Assembly (NCBI RefSeq): GCF_009914755.1
Contig: NC_060934.1
From: the human T2T-CHM13v2.0 reference genome, Homo sapiens
Direction: 5' to 3' (one strand)
Length of the DNA stretch: 64,000 bases
Shown here piece by piece: positions 50,739 to 64,000 of the stretch. Numbering within the stretch: the stretch's first letter is position 1; each line of letters begins with the position of its first letter. Below the pieces are notes generated by a model. The model ran no database searches, was not told the DNA's origin, and saw only the letters and a program-made list of their open reading frames with translations. The translations under genes were made by a program, and so were the position numbers.

Positions 50739-51821
50739 GAACCAAGGGTGCCTTGAGGGATGGGGCTCTGCAGTGGACAGCCCACCCCGGATTTCAGAGT
50801 TTGCTATAAGAGAGCCAGGAGCTGAAACACAACTGTCTTTCTCCCTGGCGTGCACCTTGCAAATGTCCAGTTTCTTTCTCCTCATTTCCATAGCGTATTT
50901 TCAGAAACGCTGGATCGTGTCAGCTGAATGCAGCAGCAAGGTGCTTCCTTCCCACGTCCGGAGATTCCACATCAGGGTGGGAAGGACATTCCTGTGTCCC
51001 AGGGGTGCTGGTGGTAGATCATGGCTGGACCCGCAGGTTCTCTAGCACTTTCTGTGGGTGGGGCTGATGCTTGGGCTAACTGCTCCTGAGGTCCCCGGTC
51101 CCATGGGCAGCTCTCCTCTCACTGTTTCCTTCATCCTCCCAGCCTGCCCAGAGCATGGACCTGCCCGCTGGGATCTCTGGGGCTGGCCGTGCACATTGAG
51201 CAGGAGGTCAGCTCACCGGGAGGCCCTGGGCCCACTGTGTTATACAGGTCCCCACACAGAGCAGGGAAGCCAGTCCCACCATCGTGGGTCCCATTTCCTT
51301 AATAAACGTGTCATTCCATCAACACCCTCATCCCCATAAGTGTGGGAGGGGTCTGGCACAGAATGCCCAAGAAACAGAAAACATGGTGTGTGGCACGGGT
51401 AATGCATTATATTTTATTTTCCTAGTGTATTCTGTTTCAAATCATTCAAATAACACAGTAAGCTAAATAAGTAATGGCCTTCAGCATGTATTTTTCAGAG
51501 GAAAACACAACATTTATGTTTGTTAATGTTCTACAAGGCCAAATAGAAGCTTCTGGGGGTCGGGATGAAGTTGTTTTCTTCCCAAGCAGTGACGTGGAAT
51601 GAATTTCTAATGATTATTCCAAGCTTCCTGGGGGCGAGCTGTGCTGTATTTATCGAGGCTCATCTTCAGGACGCTGCGTGGAAAATAAGCCCGAGCTGCT
51701 CCCCAGCAACCCTCCCTGCGTCGCTGTGAGCACAGCCCTCGCCCGGCCCTGCACTGGTCAGGCAGCTATGCGGAGAGGAGGCTGCAGGACTTGGCCAGGT
51801 CAAAGCCAAAGGCCCTCGTGG

Positions 51822-52275
51822 TGTAAGACCTAGAATTAAGACTTCATAGGACAGGCTGCCTTGACCTCTGGTGATGCCAGAAGGGCCTTATCTGGCCTAA
51901 CCTTGAGTCCCCTCTCAGCTCTGCTCTCACAGTAAAGGCCCCTTAGCAAATCCACTCTCCTGCAGCAGGGACTAGGAGCAGCTCCTGCTCACCCCTGAGT
52001 CGGGGACTTCTGTTCTCTGCCGCCCACAGAATGACTCACAAAGCCAATCACACCCCCGCTGCGGGAACCAAGGGCACCCCCTGGTTACTACAAAGCCAGC
52101 TTCCCACTACCCCTGGCTGCTCCCTCTGGTCCATGTGGCCCTGCATGCAGGCTGGGACCTACCCCCCTGGGCTGAGAATGACGAATAAACTGCTGTCAAT
52201 CTCCCCTGCCCAGCGTCAGTGTCCCATCCTAGCCCACCACTCTAGTTCGAGAGTGCAGAGGAGGTGGCCAGGACG
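51822..52275 (+). mobile_element. MER73/MER74-like ERVL solo LTR
   Basis: gctgccttgacctctggtga, tggcctaacc, aagccaatcaca, actacaaagcc, aataaactgctgtcaatctc. Confidence 0.7.
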
Positions 52276-52554
52276 CCCTACTGTGCTGCTGGGGGAAGCC
52301 GGACCCCAGCTCCAGAGGCCCATTGGGTAGAAGGCGCTTCAGAGGGAAGCCTTCACTGCTGCCCAATTCAGCTCATGTAAATGAGGACCTTTCCCAATCT
52401 TTGTTCCAACTGAGTCAAATTCCTTTAGTTTTCACTTGAAAAAAAAAAAGCTTACATTTCAGTTTAACTTGCAGTGGGTCATTTTATGGCAAAAGCGTCT
52501 CCCGGCAAGGCACAGGTACCTCTCTCCGACTACCTCCATCGCATTTGAGGCTGT

Positions 52555-52680
52555 CCGCAGGCAGCGCCTGCGCAGCGTGAGTCACGCACAGCGCTCCTGC
52601 AAGCACCTGAGTGCGCCCATCCTGCGTGAGCGCATCCTGGAGTGGGGGGTCCTTTTGCTGCTTTTCCTGCGTGGCGACTG
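52555..52680. promoter_or_regulatory. Candidate regulatory element: CpG-rich patch with NRF1-like and AP-1 sites
   Basis: GCGCCTGCGCA at 52564-52574 abuts GCGTGAGTCACGC at 52575-52587. Confidence 0.4.
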
Positions 52681-53215
52681 TTTCATGACTCCGATTATGA
52701 CAGGGGAGCTGGCTCTGAGTGAGCACAGGGCGTCTGCGGTGTGCATGGAGGTGACACCTGCAGAGACAAGCTCCCCAGCACCCCCACCCGCCAACGCCCA
52801 GCTCTCTTAACATGACCTATTCATACCCGTCCACTGTGGGGCCCACCGCATTGCCCCTGTGGTTTTCAAGAGCAGGCATGTGTTCTCTGTCCTAAGGCTG
52901 CCTCTCCTCTCAGGCTTTTGGGAGGTGACCTCCAAGTGGGGGTTGGGTGGAGGCACCATTGCCTCATGGGCCCCCGGGGGAGCCACACGAAGGTGGGAGC
53001 CCTCGCCAAGGAGAGCAGGGGGCTCCTTCCCTGAGGACGTGTCCCCCAGACAGCAGGTGGATGGTCTTTTCTTAGCCTCTCACCCAGCTCCCACCTGCCT
53101 ATCCACTGACACTGGGCTTTCGACCTCCTCCTCTGCAACCTCAGCGTTTGGCATCTGTGCATCTCCTGGGGTGAATGACTGAGAATTCCCAATATGGAGG
53201 ATTTTATTTCCTAAA

Positions 53216-54046
53216 TGTGGCTGCAGCAAGGGCTGCCGTCACGTTCCCTCCTCTGTGGCAGGTCCTGCCATGCCCTCACCTAGAAGTGTGGTCTTTTGCC
53301 CCACCTCCTCCCCTCCCATGAGGATGAGTGGGCCTGGAGACCTGCTTTGACCAATAGAATCTGGAGGGTGGGGACACTGAGCCCCTGTGGACCAAGCTCT
53401 TAGCTGTCCGGGCAGCTTCCTCCTCCTGGCTCTTGGAAGGCTTCCATTTAGAGCTTGCCACCATGTAAGAGACGAAGCTAGCCAGGCGCGGTGGCTCACC
53501 CTTGTAATCCCAGCACTTTGGGAGGCTGAGGCGGGCAGATCACGAGGTCAGGAGTTTGAGACCAGCCTGGCCAACATAGTGAAACCCCATCTTTACTAAA
53601 AATACAAAAAATTAACTGGGCGGGCGCCTGTAGTCCCAGCTACTCAGGAAGCTGAGGCAGGAGAATGGCATGAACCCGGGAGGCGGAGCTTGCAGTGAGC
53701 CGAGATGGCGCCACTGCACTCCAGCCCAGGCGACAGTGTGAGACTCCATCTCAAAAATAAAAATAAAAAGAGAGAGAGAGAGAGAGGTGGATCCACCACA
53801 GAGACGGGCATGCATGGGAAGCCCAGCCCCTGAGGGTCCTCATCCAGTGAGGAGACTGCAGGTGGAGGGAGACAGAGACTGAGGGTCACTAGTCCTGCTG
53901 CCCAGGCTGACACCCCTGAAACAGAGAAAAATACCCAGCAAAGCCCATCCCACATCGACTCACAAAACCATTAGGAATACAGCAGTCGTGTTTAATCACT
54001 AAGCCTGAAGATGCTTTCTTACGCAGCAGTAGATAGTTAAAATACA
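53216..54046 (+). mobile_element. MLT1 (F/G/H-like) LTR interrupted by an Alu
   Basis: acctgctttgaccaatagaat, gccaccatgtaaga, cttacgcagcagtagatag...aataca end. Confidence 0.7.
53481..53770 (+). mobile_element. Alu with an S-type left arm and a Y-type right arm
   Basis: Left gatcacgaggtcaggagtttgagaccagcctggccaac; right tagtccc, aatggcatgaaccc, gagcttgcag. Confidence 0.9.
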
Positions 54047-56779
54047 TGTCCTCACAATAAACGCAAAAATGTGAAATTTGAAGATAATTACTAGCATTTC
54101 CCCTGCCTTATCCATTTATCCAGAGGAACATTTTTCACATTCCAAATAATAACTATTTCAGAAGAGCAGCACTTCAGAGACAAGTTTTCAGTTCATGAGA
54201 AAGAAAGAAATAATGTGATCAAGGCCACAGGAGGCTGCTAGTCAAATCTGTCTCTTCTTGGAGCTGAGATATGGTGCTGATGGTCTGATGGTTATCCAGT
54301 CAGGTTCCGTGGACCCGCCCTGAGCCTCGGAGATGCGTCAGAGGCCGCTGCTGGGGAAGGCGGGACATCCCTCCCTGCCCCTGGCCCAAATGCACAGGCC
54401 CCGAGAGAGCTTCACTTTGTTTCAGTTGATCTCCTAGAGTTCCGGAGATTTTTTTTTAATGGCTTTGCTGTGTAAAATGTTTGAAAACTACTGGTTTTCT
54501 TGCCCATATTTTAGGTGAAGCCCCATTTTATTTCAGATGGGAACAAAAGACTCACGGAAGCTTGAAAACTTACCAAATATGAAAACACATGTTGGGGAGA
54601 AACCGTGTCCAGAGCCGGCATTCCTGGCCAGATCCCGGGAGTTTCCTGCATGTCACAGGGCTCACCTTGCAGGCACCAACAGGTGTATACATGTGTGAGA
54701 ACACAAAGCCCACCTCACACAGCCAGGCCCTCCCACCTTCCGCATCAGGGAACACTGTCGATCACAAGCACATACCCAGACATTAGGGATGGCCTTGATT
54801 AGTGTCTACACATGGCATGAGGAGCTCCTGTGAACTCAAATGCTTCCCTCCAAGGGAGTCCTGCTAAGACTGAACTGAACCACTTTTCCTTTTAAGTAGA
54901 CACTTACTAGAAACAGAGCTATATATCCAGGAAATTGAGAGGTTAAATATTGCATATAGGAAAATGCTGGGTAGACATGTGATTTTTATTGACAAGCTCT
55001 TTAAAAATCCTCTTTCTGCTTCAGTAATGCTAAGAGAGGTGCCATCAAATGGAATCATAAACTTTATCCAAGCCAGTAACTGACAACACATAAAACTTTT
55101 ATTCTCAATGCCTCTCCCGCCCCCCCACACTAAGTCACTTAGCTGTTCTTTCTCTGGGTTCCCAGGAGAGCTCACAGCATGGATCCTTTCTGATGCAATA
55201 ACTCAGACCCTTGTCATGAAGTTGCAGGTAAGACCTTGCTAACATGGAACCTATGTCTGAGTTCCGCCTTGCATTCAGTAGGCTAAAGGGAAGGTCCTAG
55301 AATTGGAGATGTGTCTCATCAATGAAAAGAAAGTGTCCTAGAAAAGAAACCTGACCATGAAGACCAACTAAGAAATAAAGAGAAATTCGCACATGATATG
55401 AAAATGGGTGAGAATACGCAATCATTTCAACTGACTGCTGGAGATTGACTTTCGGGTTAAACTGATATGTTAATGTCCTATTTGAAAATGCAATAATGGG
55501 ATTGCTTAGATGGATACATTTACTGATCTATAGATTAAATGCAGATGTAGATTTGTGTTTTCTTTCTTCATCTTTTCCTTGGACCACAACTACACTGACT
55601 GCTGCACAAAAACTCACTGTTATTTAAATACTTCCGTAAATGTTTTCTGTACTACCCCTTTCCGTGCTGACATCAAAACATTTTACTAACAATAAGAAGT
55701 AAACAAATATTTTTAGAAATTGCTTAAGTTATGAAATTCAGTGAAAATCCATAGGAAAATAAACTGGGTTACATCCGACCAGTTAAAAATGATCAATAGT
55801 TAATTTCAAGGGCATATTCAATCAATTTCAGCTGAGCCTGATTAAATATGCAATATTATTCAATGTTGCCCAACTTTTACATGAACCCAATTTATTTTAA
55901 TGTTTAAGCCTTCAGTGACCACATTTGTTTTAATTATCTCTGCTTATACTTTAATTAATTCTATTTTAATATTTATCTTTAATTCAAATTAAAAGAGGAA
56001 CGTCTCATCTCAATATTGCTACGAGCAGAAAAATAACTTCCCTTTACTCTTCTTTACATGCCTGTGTTTTCCAAGAAACCAAATGAAATAACTTAAGTCA
56101 TCAGTCTCAATTTATTTTAAAAAACTTTCAACGGCAAGGCATAAAAAGTCATAGATATTGTTTACACGTTAATTTGCATGTAAATGATACTATCAGTTTA
56201 TCACTTATTGTTTAGGGAAGAGAAATCTTATAAAAATCAAAGGGAAGTTTAAATCAGAGCCAGCCAAGACAAAGCTACTAATAATGTTTCTTTTTGAGTC
56301 TTCTATCATTTATATTCAAAGATACTCTTCATTCCTCCGTGAAGCTTGATAAGAGTCTTCTGCAAGTTTGTGAGCCGACGTCTGCCTGACATTTCTTGCA
56401 TCTGAGCAACTCTGTCCTTTATTTGGGGACTATTGCCCCAGGGTCCCTTGGTTGACTTAGTGCTCGTGGTGATGGTGCTGTGGCTGCTGAGACCACAGGT
56501 TCTGTCCTGGAGTTGGCTCCAGGGCCAGGAGGTTTATTTTGGAGCCCAGGTAGCTCATAGCACCTGCAGAAGAGGCATGAGAGACACTCCCCTGGGTACA
56601 GCGTGGTCAGAAGTTTAGCACACCATGCCTTCTGTGTGTCATAGTCATTCCAGTCAGATATGCTCGAGTCTTCACAAAAGCCAAGACGTGGACACAACCT
56701 ATGTGCTTGCGGATGGGTGAGTGGGCAAAAGAAATGTGGTGATGGAATAGGATGGGATACAGCATTCAAAAAGAAGAAG

Positions 56780-57193
<414 letters not shown>

Positions 57194-57463
57194 TCAAACT
57201 TCAGCCACTGAGGGGAGGGGTAAACAGGCAGGCTGTGGTTACAGGGCACTGACTTTCAATTGTAAGACAAAGGAGATCTGGAGGCCTGATGCAAGGCAAG
57301 AGCCTATCGTTAACAACACTGAATTTCACACTCAGAATTTACTAGACTCCTCTTAAGTGTTCTCACTACAAAGACGGTAACTGTATGAGGGGATGGATGT
57401 GTTAATTAGCTTCATTGTGGTCATCGTTTCACAAAGTTTATGTACATCAAAACATCGCACTGC

Positions 57464-57786
<323 letters not shown>

Positions 57787-57914
57787 ACATTGCATCGTAC
57801 ACCTTAATTTTATATAATTTTTATTTGTCAGTATACCGCAATAAAGCTGGAAGAAAAGCAAAAAAGAATAAAACGTGCTTAGGTCAAATCACTCTATCAA
57901 TATGCCACACAATT

Positions 57915-58110
57915 GTCATCACTATCACTGTAGCTGCCTTCTGTTGAGCACGCTCTGTGCTCGGCTCTGTGTAAGGAGTGTGTATCCATGACCCTATGGG
58001 ATCCTCAGAACAGCATCGTGGGAGGGCTGTGGGACCCCTCACACTGAAGGTGGAAACGGATGAGGAACAGGGGTTGGTGCATGTCAGCATGGAGGCTGGG
58101 CCAAGCCTGC
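57915..58110 (-). mobile_element. MIR
   Basis: ttgagcacgctctgtgc, atcctcagaacagc, aggtggaaacggatgagg. Confidence 0.55.
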
Positions 58111-59439
58111 CGTCTCCAGCACCCTCTTCATGAAAGGAAGGTGTGGGCAACTGGTTCCAGGGACTCCGTGCTTGTGGGGACAGGAATGTGACTCCAAGTT
58201 CTTTGTGAATGATACTCAGGCAGACAAGATGAATGGCAGTCTGCCGCCATTCCCCTTGGTGCTTTTGCACTGAGACCCCTCCTTCCTGAGGCTGAATTAC
58301 ACCGGCCGTGAACCCCACGGGCAGCGACTGAAGATGACTCTGCAGACCCTGCCTTTCCTCAGTCATCACCAGGTCTGCACAGACATCCTGGGCACTTGCT
58401 CTGAGCCAGGCGCTCCTGATGGGGTGCTGGGGAGACTCGGTGATGCCTCTTACCATGCGGGACCAGCACTAATGCCCACGGGCACCCTTCAGGCAACGTC
58501 TCCCTGGGCGTTATTCCCGTGTCCTAGTGTCAGGAGCTAAGGCCTGACTCCTTCCAAACCCACTGGAAGCAGCGCTGTCTCTGCCAGCATTGTCCGACCG
58601 CCCTCCACCTGCTGCAGTTCCCAGCCCTTGACCACTCTCTGTGCATCTGCAGCCCGAAACTCTCAATGTGTTCTCCACAAGCTGAGGCACTGGGCAAACA
58701 ATTTCCTTGCAGGGTAAATTTGCGAGAGGAGCATCATTCTAAATCGAGATAGTGTGGGTTTGTTTTTTTTTTTAATGAAACATTATGATCGTAGAAACTA
58801 AAATTCACTTTGCCAGTAGCCTGCATAAGTCAGGCATCAACATTTCAGAACAACTGATATGTGAGCTCCAGTGTGGGGAGGAGGAAAGACAGATGGGCTC
58901 CATTTAGAGCACACAAAGAAAGCAATCTCTGTAGATCAGACATGGGTCCCTCATGCTGCAGCACAGAGACAAAGAAGCACAGAACAGCCCGGGGTGGAGC
59001 TGGCTGCCTTCTGTAGCTTTGCTCGGAGAGAGCCACAACCACAGAGAAAACACACTTCCGGCTGCTGTTCCAGCCAAACGCAGTTGGTCAGGAGTGTCAC
59101 AACTGTCCCAGGAAATGCCCAGCTTCATTGGCTCTGGCAGCACTCAAGACAACAGGACTCCTTCAATGCAGGGAGCTCCTGGCAGAGCTGCTGGAGTCAG
59201 AGCCCTACTCGGAGCTGACAGGAGTGTGGGAAGGTACAGAGGACACGCCGGCGTTAAGGGGCACGGTCAGAAGCTTCCTCTTGTGGTGAAGTGTCTTTAT
59301 GTTTTTGTTTAAAACCCCCATGCCATTTGCTGTTTACATGTTATTTAAGAGTCCCTCAGCCCTTTCACTAGATGACAAAGTGCTTGTGCAGAGTCTCCAT
59401 TTGATTTTAGGTTCCACCAACATTGACTTCTTGAATGAT

Positions 59440-59560
59440 TGCCTTCATGATTCAGGTGAAGAAACTAAGGATCAGAGATGTTTAACACACTCCTGGTCAC
59501 TCGATGAGCAGCTGGCAGAACGGGAGCCCGTATCTGTGGTTTGGAGATCTTAAGCTCAGG
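59440..59560 (-). mobile_element. MIR fragment
   Basis: caggtgaagaaactaaggatcagaga...ggtcac. Confidence 0.6.
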
Positions 59561-59737
59561 CCACTTGACAACTGGCAGCGTGCAGAGAAGGCTGTCCAAA
59601 ATCTAGGGTGTGCTTGACCCCAAGCAGTGACCTTGGGAAGAGACTAAAGGCATCATTCCAGAAGTCACGTGGTGCCCATTCTTCAGCTCCCAAGAGGCCC
59701 TACACAGACATTCCCACCGATCATTCTCTCTAGAGCT

Positions 59738-59888
59738 ATGTGTGTGCAAGGGTATGTGTGTGGTTGTGCTGGTGAGTGTGCATGTGTGTCTGTGTGTGTG
59801 TATGAGTGTCTAGGTGTACACTTGTAGGTGTAAACGTGAGTGCATTCATGTGTGTGTGCATGTATATTTGCATGTAGGTTGTGTATGT
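59738..59888. repeat. Degenerate (TG)n tract
   Basis: gtgtgcatgtgtgtctgtgtgtgtgtatgagtg. Confidence 0.75.
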
Positions 59889-59925
59889 CCATCATCCCAT
59901 CACATGAAAATTTCTAGAAGATGAC

Positions 59926-60308
59926 TATATTAGTCTGTTCTCACAACTCACATTGCTATAAAGAATTGCCCAAAACTGGGTAATTTATGAAGGAAGGAGA
60001 TTTAGTTGACTCACAGTTCTGCAGGACTGGGGAAGCCTCAAGAACCTTACAATCATGGCAGAAGGAGAAGCAAACACGTCCTTCTTCACATGGCAGCAGG
60101 AAGCAGAAGTGCCAAGCAAAGGGGGAATAGCCCCTTATAAAACCACGAGATCTCCTGAGCACTAGCTCACTATCACAAGAACAGCATGGGGGGAACTGCT
60201 CCCATGATTCAATGATCTCCCACTGGGTTCCTCCCAGGACTCATGGGGATTATGGGAACTACAATTCAAGATGAGATTCAGGTGGGGACACAAAGCCTAA
60301 CCATATCA
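59926..60308 (-). mobile_element. THE1 (THE1C/D-like) solo LTR
   Basis: tattagtctgttctcac...cttacaatcatggcagaagg...gggacacaaagcctaaccatatca; perfect 5-bp TSD atgac at 59921 and 60309. Confidence 0.95.
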
Positions 60309-60551
60309 ATGACAATAATATATTACTGTCCATTTGGGCACCACCAATCATGCTCAGCATGGATCTGCACATACAAGGCATTCAGTGGGCATTTATTACT
60401 AACCGATAATACCATTTGCAGAAAGAGTTACCTGGCAAATACTTTTATAATTTCCAGATTTTTGCCTAAAATATGAAAATTATTGATTGCTAAACAAACA
60501 TCTTGAAAATTATCAATAAAAACTAATGGTCAAAGATAATACTGTATTCTA

Positions 60552-60968
60552 TTTTTTAACTTTTATTTTAGGTTCAGGGGTACATGTGCAGATTTGTTGT
60601 ATAGATAAATTGTTTGTCGTGGGAGTTTAGTGTACAGATTACTTTGTCTCCCAGGTAGTGAGCACAGGATCAGATAGGTAGTCTTCTGTTCTTCACCGTC
60701 CTCCCACCTTCCACAGCCAAGTAGACCCTGGTGTCTACTGTTCCTTTTTTTGTGTACTCAATGTTTAGTTTTCAATTGTAAGGGAGAACACACAGTATGT
60801 GGCTTTCTCTTCCTGCGTTAGTTCACTTAGGATGATGACCTCCAGCTCCACCCATATTGCTGCAAAAAATCTGATCTCATTCTTCTTTATGGTTGTGTAG
60901 TGTATGCACCATATTTTCTTCATCCAGTCTACCAACGGTGGGCACTTAGATTGATTCCATATCTTTGG
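60552..60968 (-). mobile_element. L1PA (old, PA13-16-like) 3' end
   Basis: tttttaacttttattttaggttcaggggtacatgtgcag, cctgcgttagttcacttaggat, gggcacttagattgattccat. Confidence 0.9.
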
Positions 60969-61189
60969 TTGAATGGAAAATTGCTTCCCCCAAACTGGAG
61001 GAAACACATACATACACCCCCAAACCACAGACCTAGTGGTGCACATTGATGTACAAATGAACCTATAAGATCTCCAATTTGTTTTAAAAATCATATTAAA
61101 CATACTATATAGGCCAGAAGCAGATTTTTAAAAAGAAAACAAAAGAGACTACTATTGTAGTAACCTGATAGGCTTCTCTCTGCCAATCT

Positions 61190-62565
61190 CATCCCTTAGA
61201 TTCCCTATAGCTGGAAAAATGTTACAATATGAGATGTCATCTACAACACCAGCACATTTTTTTGTGTGAATTAACTATTTTATTCTAAATAGTTTATATG
61301 GAAATGCAAAGAGTTAAGAATAGCAAATGAAGGAAACAAAAAAATGTTTAAACCTGAAGCATTTATACTATGACACATTGAGACATAAAGCAATAGTTAT
61401 TAAGTCAGTGTGGCATAGAAACAAGAATAGGGACAGCCATAGAGAAGCCAGAGGCAGTCCTGGTTATATCCAGCCACCTGAATATAGTAAAGTTGAAACT
61501 GCAATGAAGTGGGAAAAAGACTGGTCATTTTAGGAAATAATGATGGGTTCATCAGATATCTCCAAGGGAAAAAAATGAATCTTGACCCCTGCTTCATTCT
61601 AGTTACGCAAATAGAACATTCTAGTTACACAATAGAACAGAGATTTATATGTGAAAGATAAGACAATAAAGCTTTTGGAAGATAATATAAGAACATATTC
61701 AAGGTCTTGGAGTAGGTAAAGATTTCTTAAATGTAAAAGAAACAACAGGCATTGACCATAAATAAAAAAATTTGATAAATCGGACTACATTAAAACTTGT
61801 TTTTTTTTAAAAAAACTTCTCTTTAGCAAAAGATTCCACTAAGAAAATGAAAAGCCAAGCTGCAATGTAGGTAAAGATACTGACAATATTCACAATACAT
61901 ATATTCAAAGAAGATTCACCCTTAAGGCACATCAAACATTTTTACCTATATCACTAAGGAAAAGACGGGCAGACCCACTAAAAAAAAGGATCCCAAACTT
62001 GACCATGTGCTTTATAAAAATGATTATCCAAATTGACATTGAATAGGAAAAAGTGTTCAACTTCAGTAGTCATTGAAAAATGCAAATTAAATCATAATGG
62101 GATCAAAACACATACAAGAGAAAGGCTATGGGTAGAAGCTCAGGCAGCACCAGTGTCAGTGAGGGTGAGAGGCAGGGCCCTCGTCGTACTGGTTGGAAGG
62201 TAAATTGGTGCCACCATTTTGCAAGGCACTTAGTTTTTGCCTACAAATGCTGATCAAGTGTGCTCCATAACATTCACCAATCCTCATCTTAGGTGTTCAC
62301 AAGAGATGTGTGTTCGTGCACAGCCAAGACGTGGATGGGACAGTCACAGCACACTCTTGGGACTATACCACAATGCGCCCTGAACTGGAAATCATCCAAA
62401 GGTCCATGGGCAGTACAATGGTTGAATAAACTGTGCTACGTGCAGGCAATGGAAGATTACACAGCAAGAAGGATGAGCAAATTACAGCTACCTCCACCTT
62501 GAATGGGTTGTGCAAGCATAATGTTGAGTGAAAGAAGCCAGACACAAAACAGTAAACATAGCAGT
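61190..62565 (+). mobile_element. Old L1M ORF2/3' region fossil
   Basis: atatggaaatgcaaag, aaagcaatagttattaagtcagtgtgg, ggtaaagatttcttaaa, aaatgcaaattaaa, aatgttgagtgaaagaagccagacacaaa; many stops. Confidence 0.85.
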
Positions 62566-62569
62566 GGCA

Positions 62570-62990
62570 GTGTTAAAATATGGCCACACATTCTTCAACA
62601 CCAGTCATCCACAGGGGTTGTCTATGTCCCTCCGCTTAACTCTCGGTGGGCCTCTGGATGCTCTCACCGGAAGTGTGCAGGAGCGATGGTTCTACTTAAC
62701 TCCCATGGCCATGAGAGGCCCTAAGAGGATGCACAGCTCCACCCTGCTCAGTTATCTGTCATGGCAGAGCAAACCACCCCAGCCTCAGTGGCGCAAAACA
62801 GCACCTGCTGTATAAGACTGTGGGTCAGGGTGGGGATGGCTTGTCTCCCCAGAGAGACTCGAATGGCTGTTGTGACTTGAATGGCGGAGGCCGGAGCCCA
62901 GGTGACTGGTGGGTCCAGACGTGAGATGGCTTCTGAAGCCCCATGCCTGGGCTGAGACAGCTGCAAAGCTGTCACAAGAGCGCTGCCACC
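62570..62990. mobile_element. MLT1 LTR fragments (two pieces, apparently opposite orientation) within L1
   Basis: atggccacacattcttcaacacc (+) then caaaccaccccagcctcagtggcgcaaaaca (-). Confidence 0.5.
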
Positions 62991-63039
62991 TGGCAGCAAT
63001 GGAGGTTGGGAGCCATCTGGAATCTGTTTATAGAAATCC

Positions 63040-63265
63040 TGATGACAAGCAAAACCGTTCTATGACAGTTAGGACAGTGGTTCCCCTGGGGGAGTCTGAG
63101 TGGCTGAAATGGGCGTGCCAGGGGCTCCTGAATTCCAGCAATGTTTATTTTGTGATCCAGTTGCTACAGATACAATCTGTGTTTGGAAATTCTTCATGCT
63201 GTACACTTAGACTTTTTGCACAATTCTATACTCGTGTTATACTTTAATAAAAATCCCATAAAATA
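63040..63265 (+). mobile_element. L1ME-like 3' end
   Basis: agttaggacagtggttcccctgggg, gctgtacactta, tgttatactttaataaaaa. Confidence 0.7.
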
Positions 63266-63269
63266 AACA

Positions 63270-63460
63270 GATATTTATTTAGGGCTTACTGTGCACTATA
63301 CTCTGCAGATACTTTATTATCCCTTTAGATCTTCACAATGACCCTGTTGGTTAGAAGCTATTGTCATAGAAAGGTGAAGTGACTGGCCCAAGTTTTCACA
63401 GCTTGGTAGATTTGGGATCTCGACAGAGGTTTGGTTGATGCCCAGCCCATTATTATAACC
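63270..63460 (-). mobile_element. MIR
   Basis: atatttatttagggcttactgtg, cttcacaatgaccctg, gaaaggtgaagtgactggcccaag. Confidence 0.6.
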
Positions 63461-63489
63461 GTGATGTATATGTTCTCCAAATGAATGGT

Positions 63490-63880
63490 CCAAGCTATTG
63501 AATAGGCAACCAACAAAAACCAAATAAACAAAATGTTGAATGCACATCATCAAAAATCCAACCTCACTAAAAGCCAAAGAAATACAAATTCAAACAATAA
63601 GGCATTATTTTTCTTTCTTATCAAATTGACAGTAATTATGAACAGGATATTGTCTATATTTGGAAAGTTAATGGGAAAATTCATATGCCTCACTGGAGGG
63701 GATGTAAATTATCGCAAATATCTTGCAAATGTTTGACAAATTTGTGTTAAATATTTAAATGTCTATAGCCTTTAACCTAACAATTCTGATTCTAGTTATC
63801 TCTCCTAAGAATAAATGAGCAATTACACAAAATATAGGCTATAGGATTATTCCTCAAAAACTATTACGGTGCTTAAATGA
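63490..63880 (+). mobile_element. L1M fragment
   Basis: aagaaatacaaattcaaacaataagg, tatcaaattg, ttaacctaacaattctgattctag. Confidence 0.6.
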
Positions 63881-64000
63881 AAAAAAAAAGTAAAGAAAGA
63901 AGATAGGGAGGGAGGGAGAGGAAGGGAAAGAGGGAGGGAATGGAAAAAGTTAAAATGCCGTGAAACACAGCACAGGCAGAGTGGAGCCTGCCTATGGTCC

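Overview
Primate (human-like) non-coding genomic DNA, GC-rich and unusually dense in minisatellites. I found no credible protein-coding gene, RNA gene or CRISPR array; the long ORFs are artefacts of tandem repeats, low complexity or GC content. The window is mostly interspersed repeats (about 10 Alus, several with TSDs; MaLR MLT1/MST/THE1, MLT2, MER11 and MER73/74-like LTRs; L1, L2 and MIR fossils; a Ricksha MULE and an Arthur/hAT-Tip100-like DNA transposon) plus many VNTRs, several seeded inside old transposons. The most notable unexplained structures are: a ~131-bp, ~95%-identical inverted repeat pair around a 702-bp spacer (27187-28151); a 10-copy CpG-rich 52-bp VNTR; a 71-bp dispersed copy of a Ricksha end plus flank; a ~1-kb higher-order duplication in a CA-rich tract; and a chimeric AluS/AluY. 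I see no evidence for a new multi-gene system. Repeat family names come from recalled consensus sequences, not from a search.
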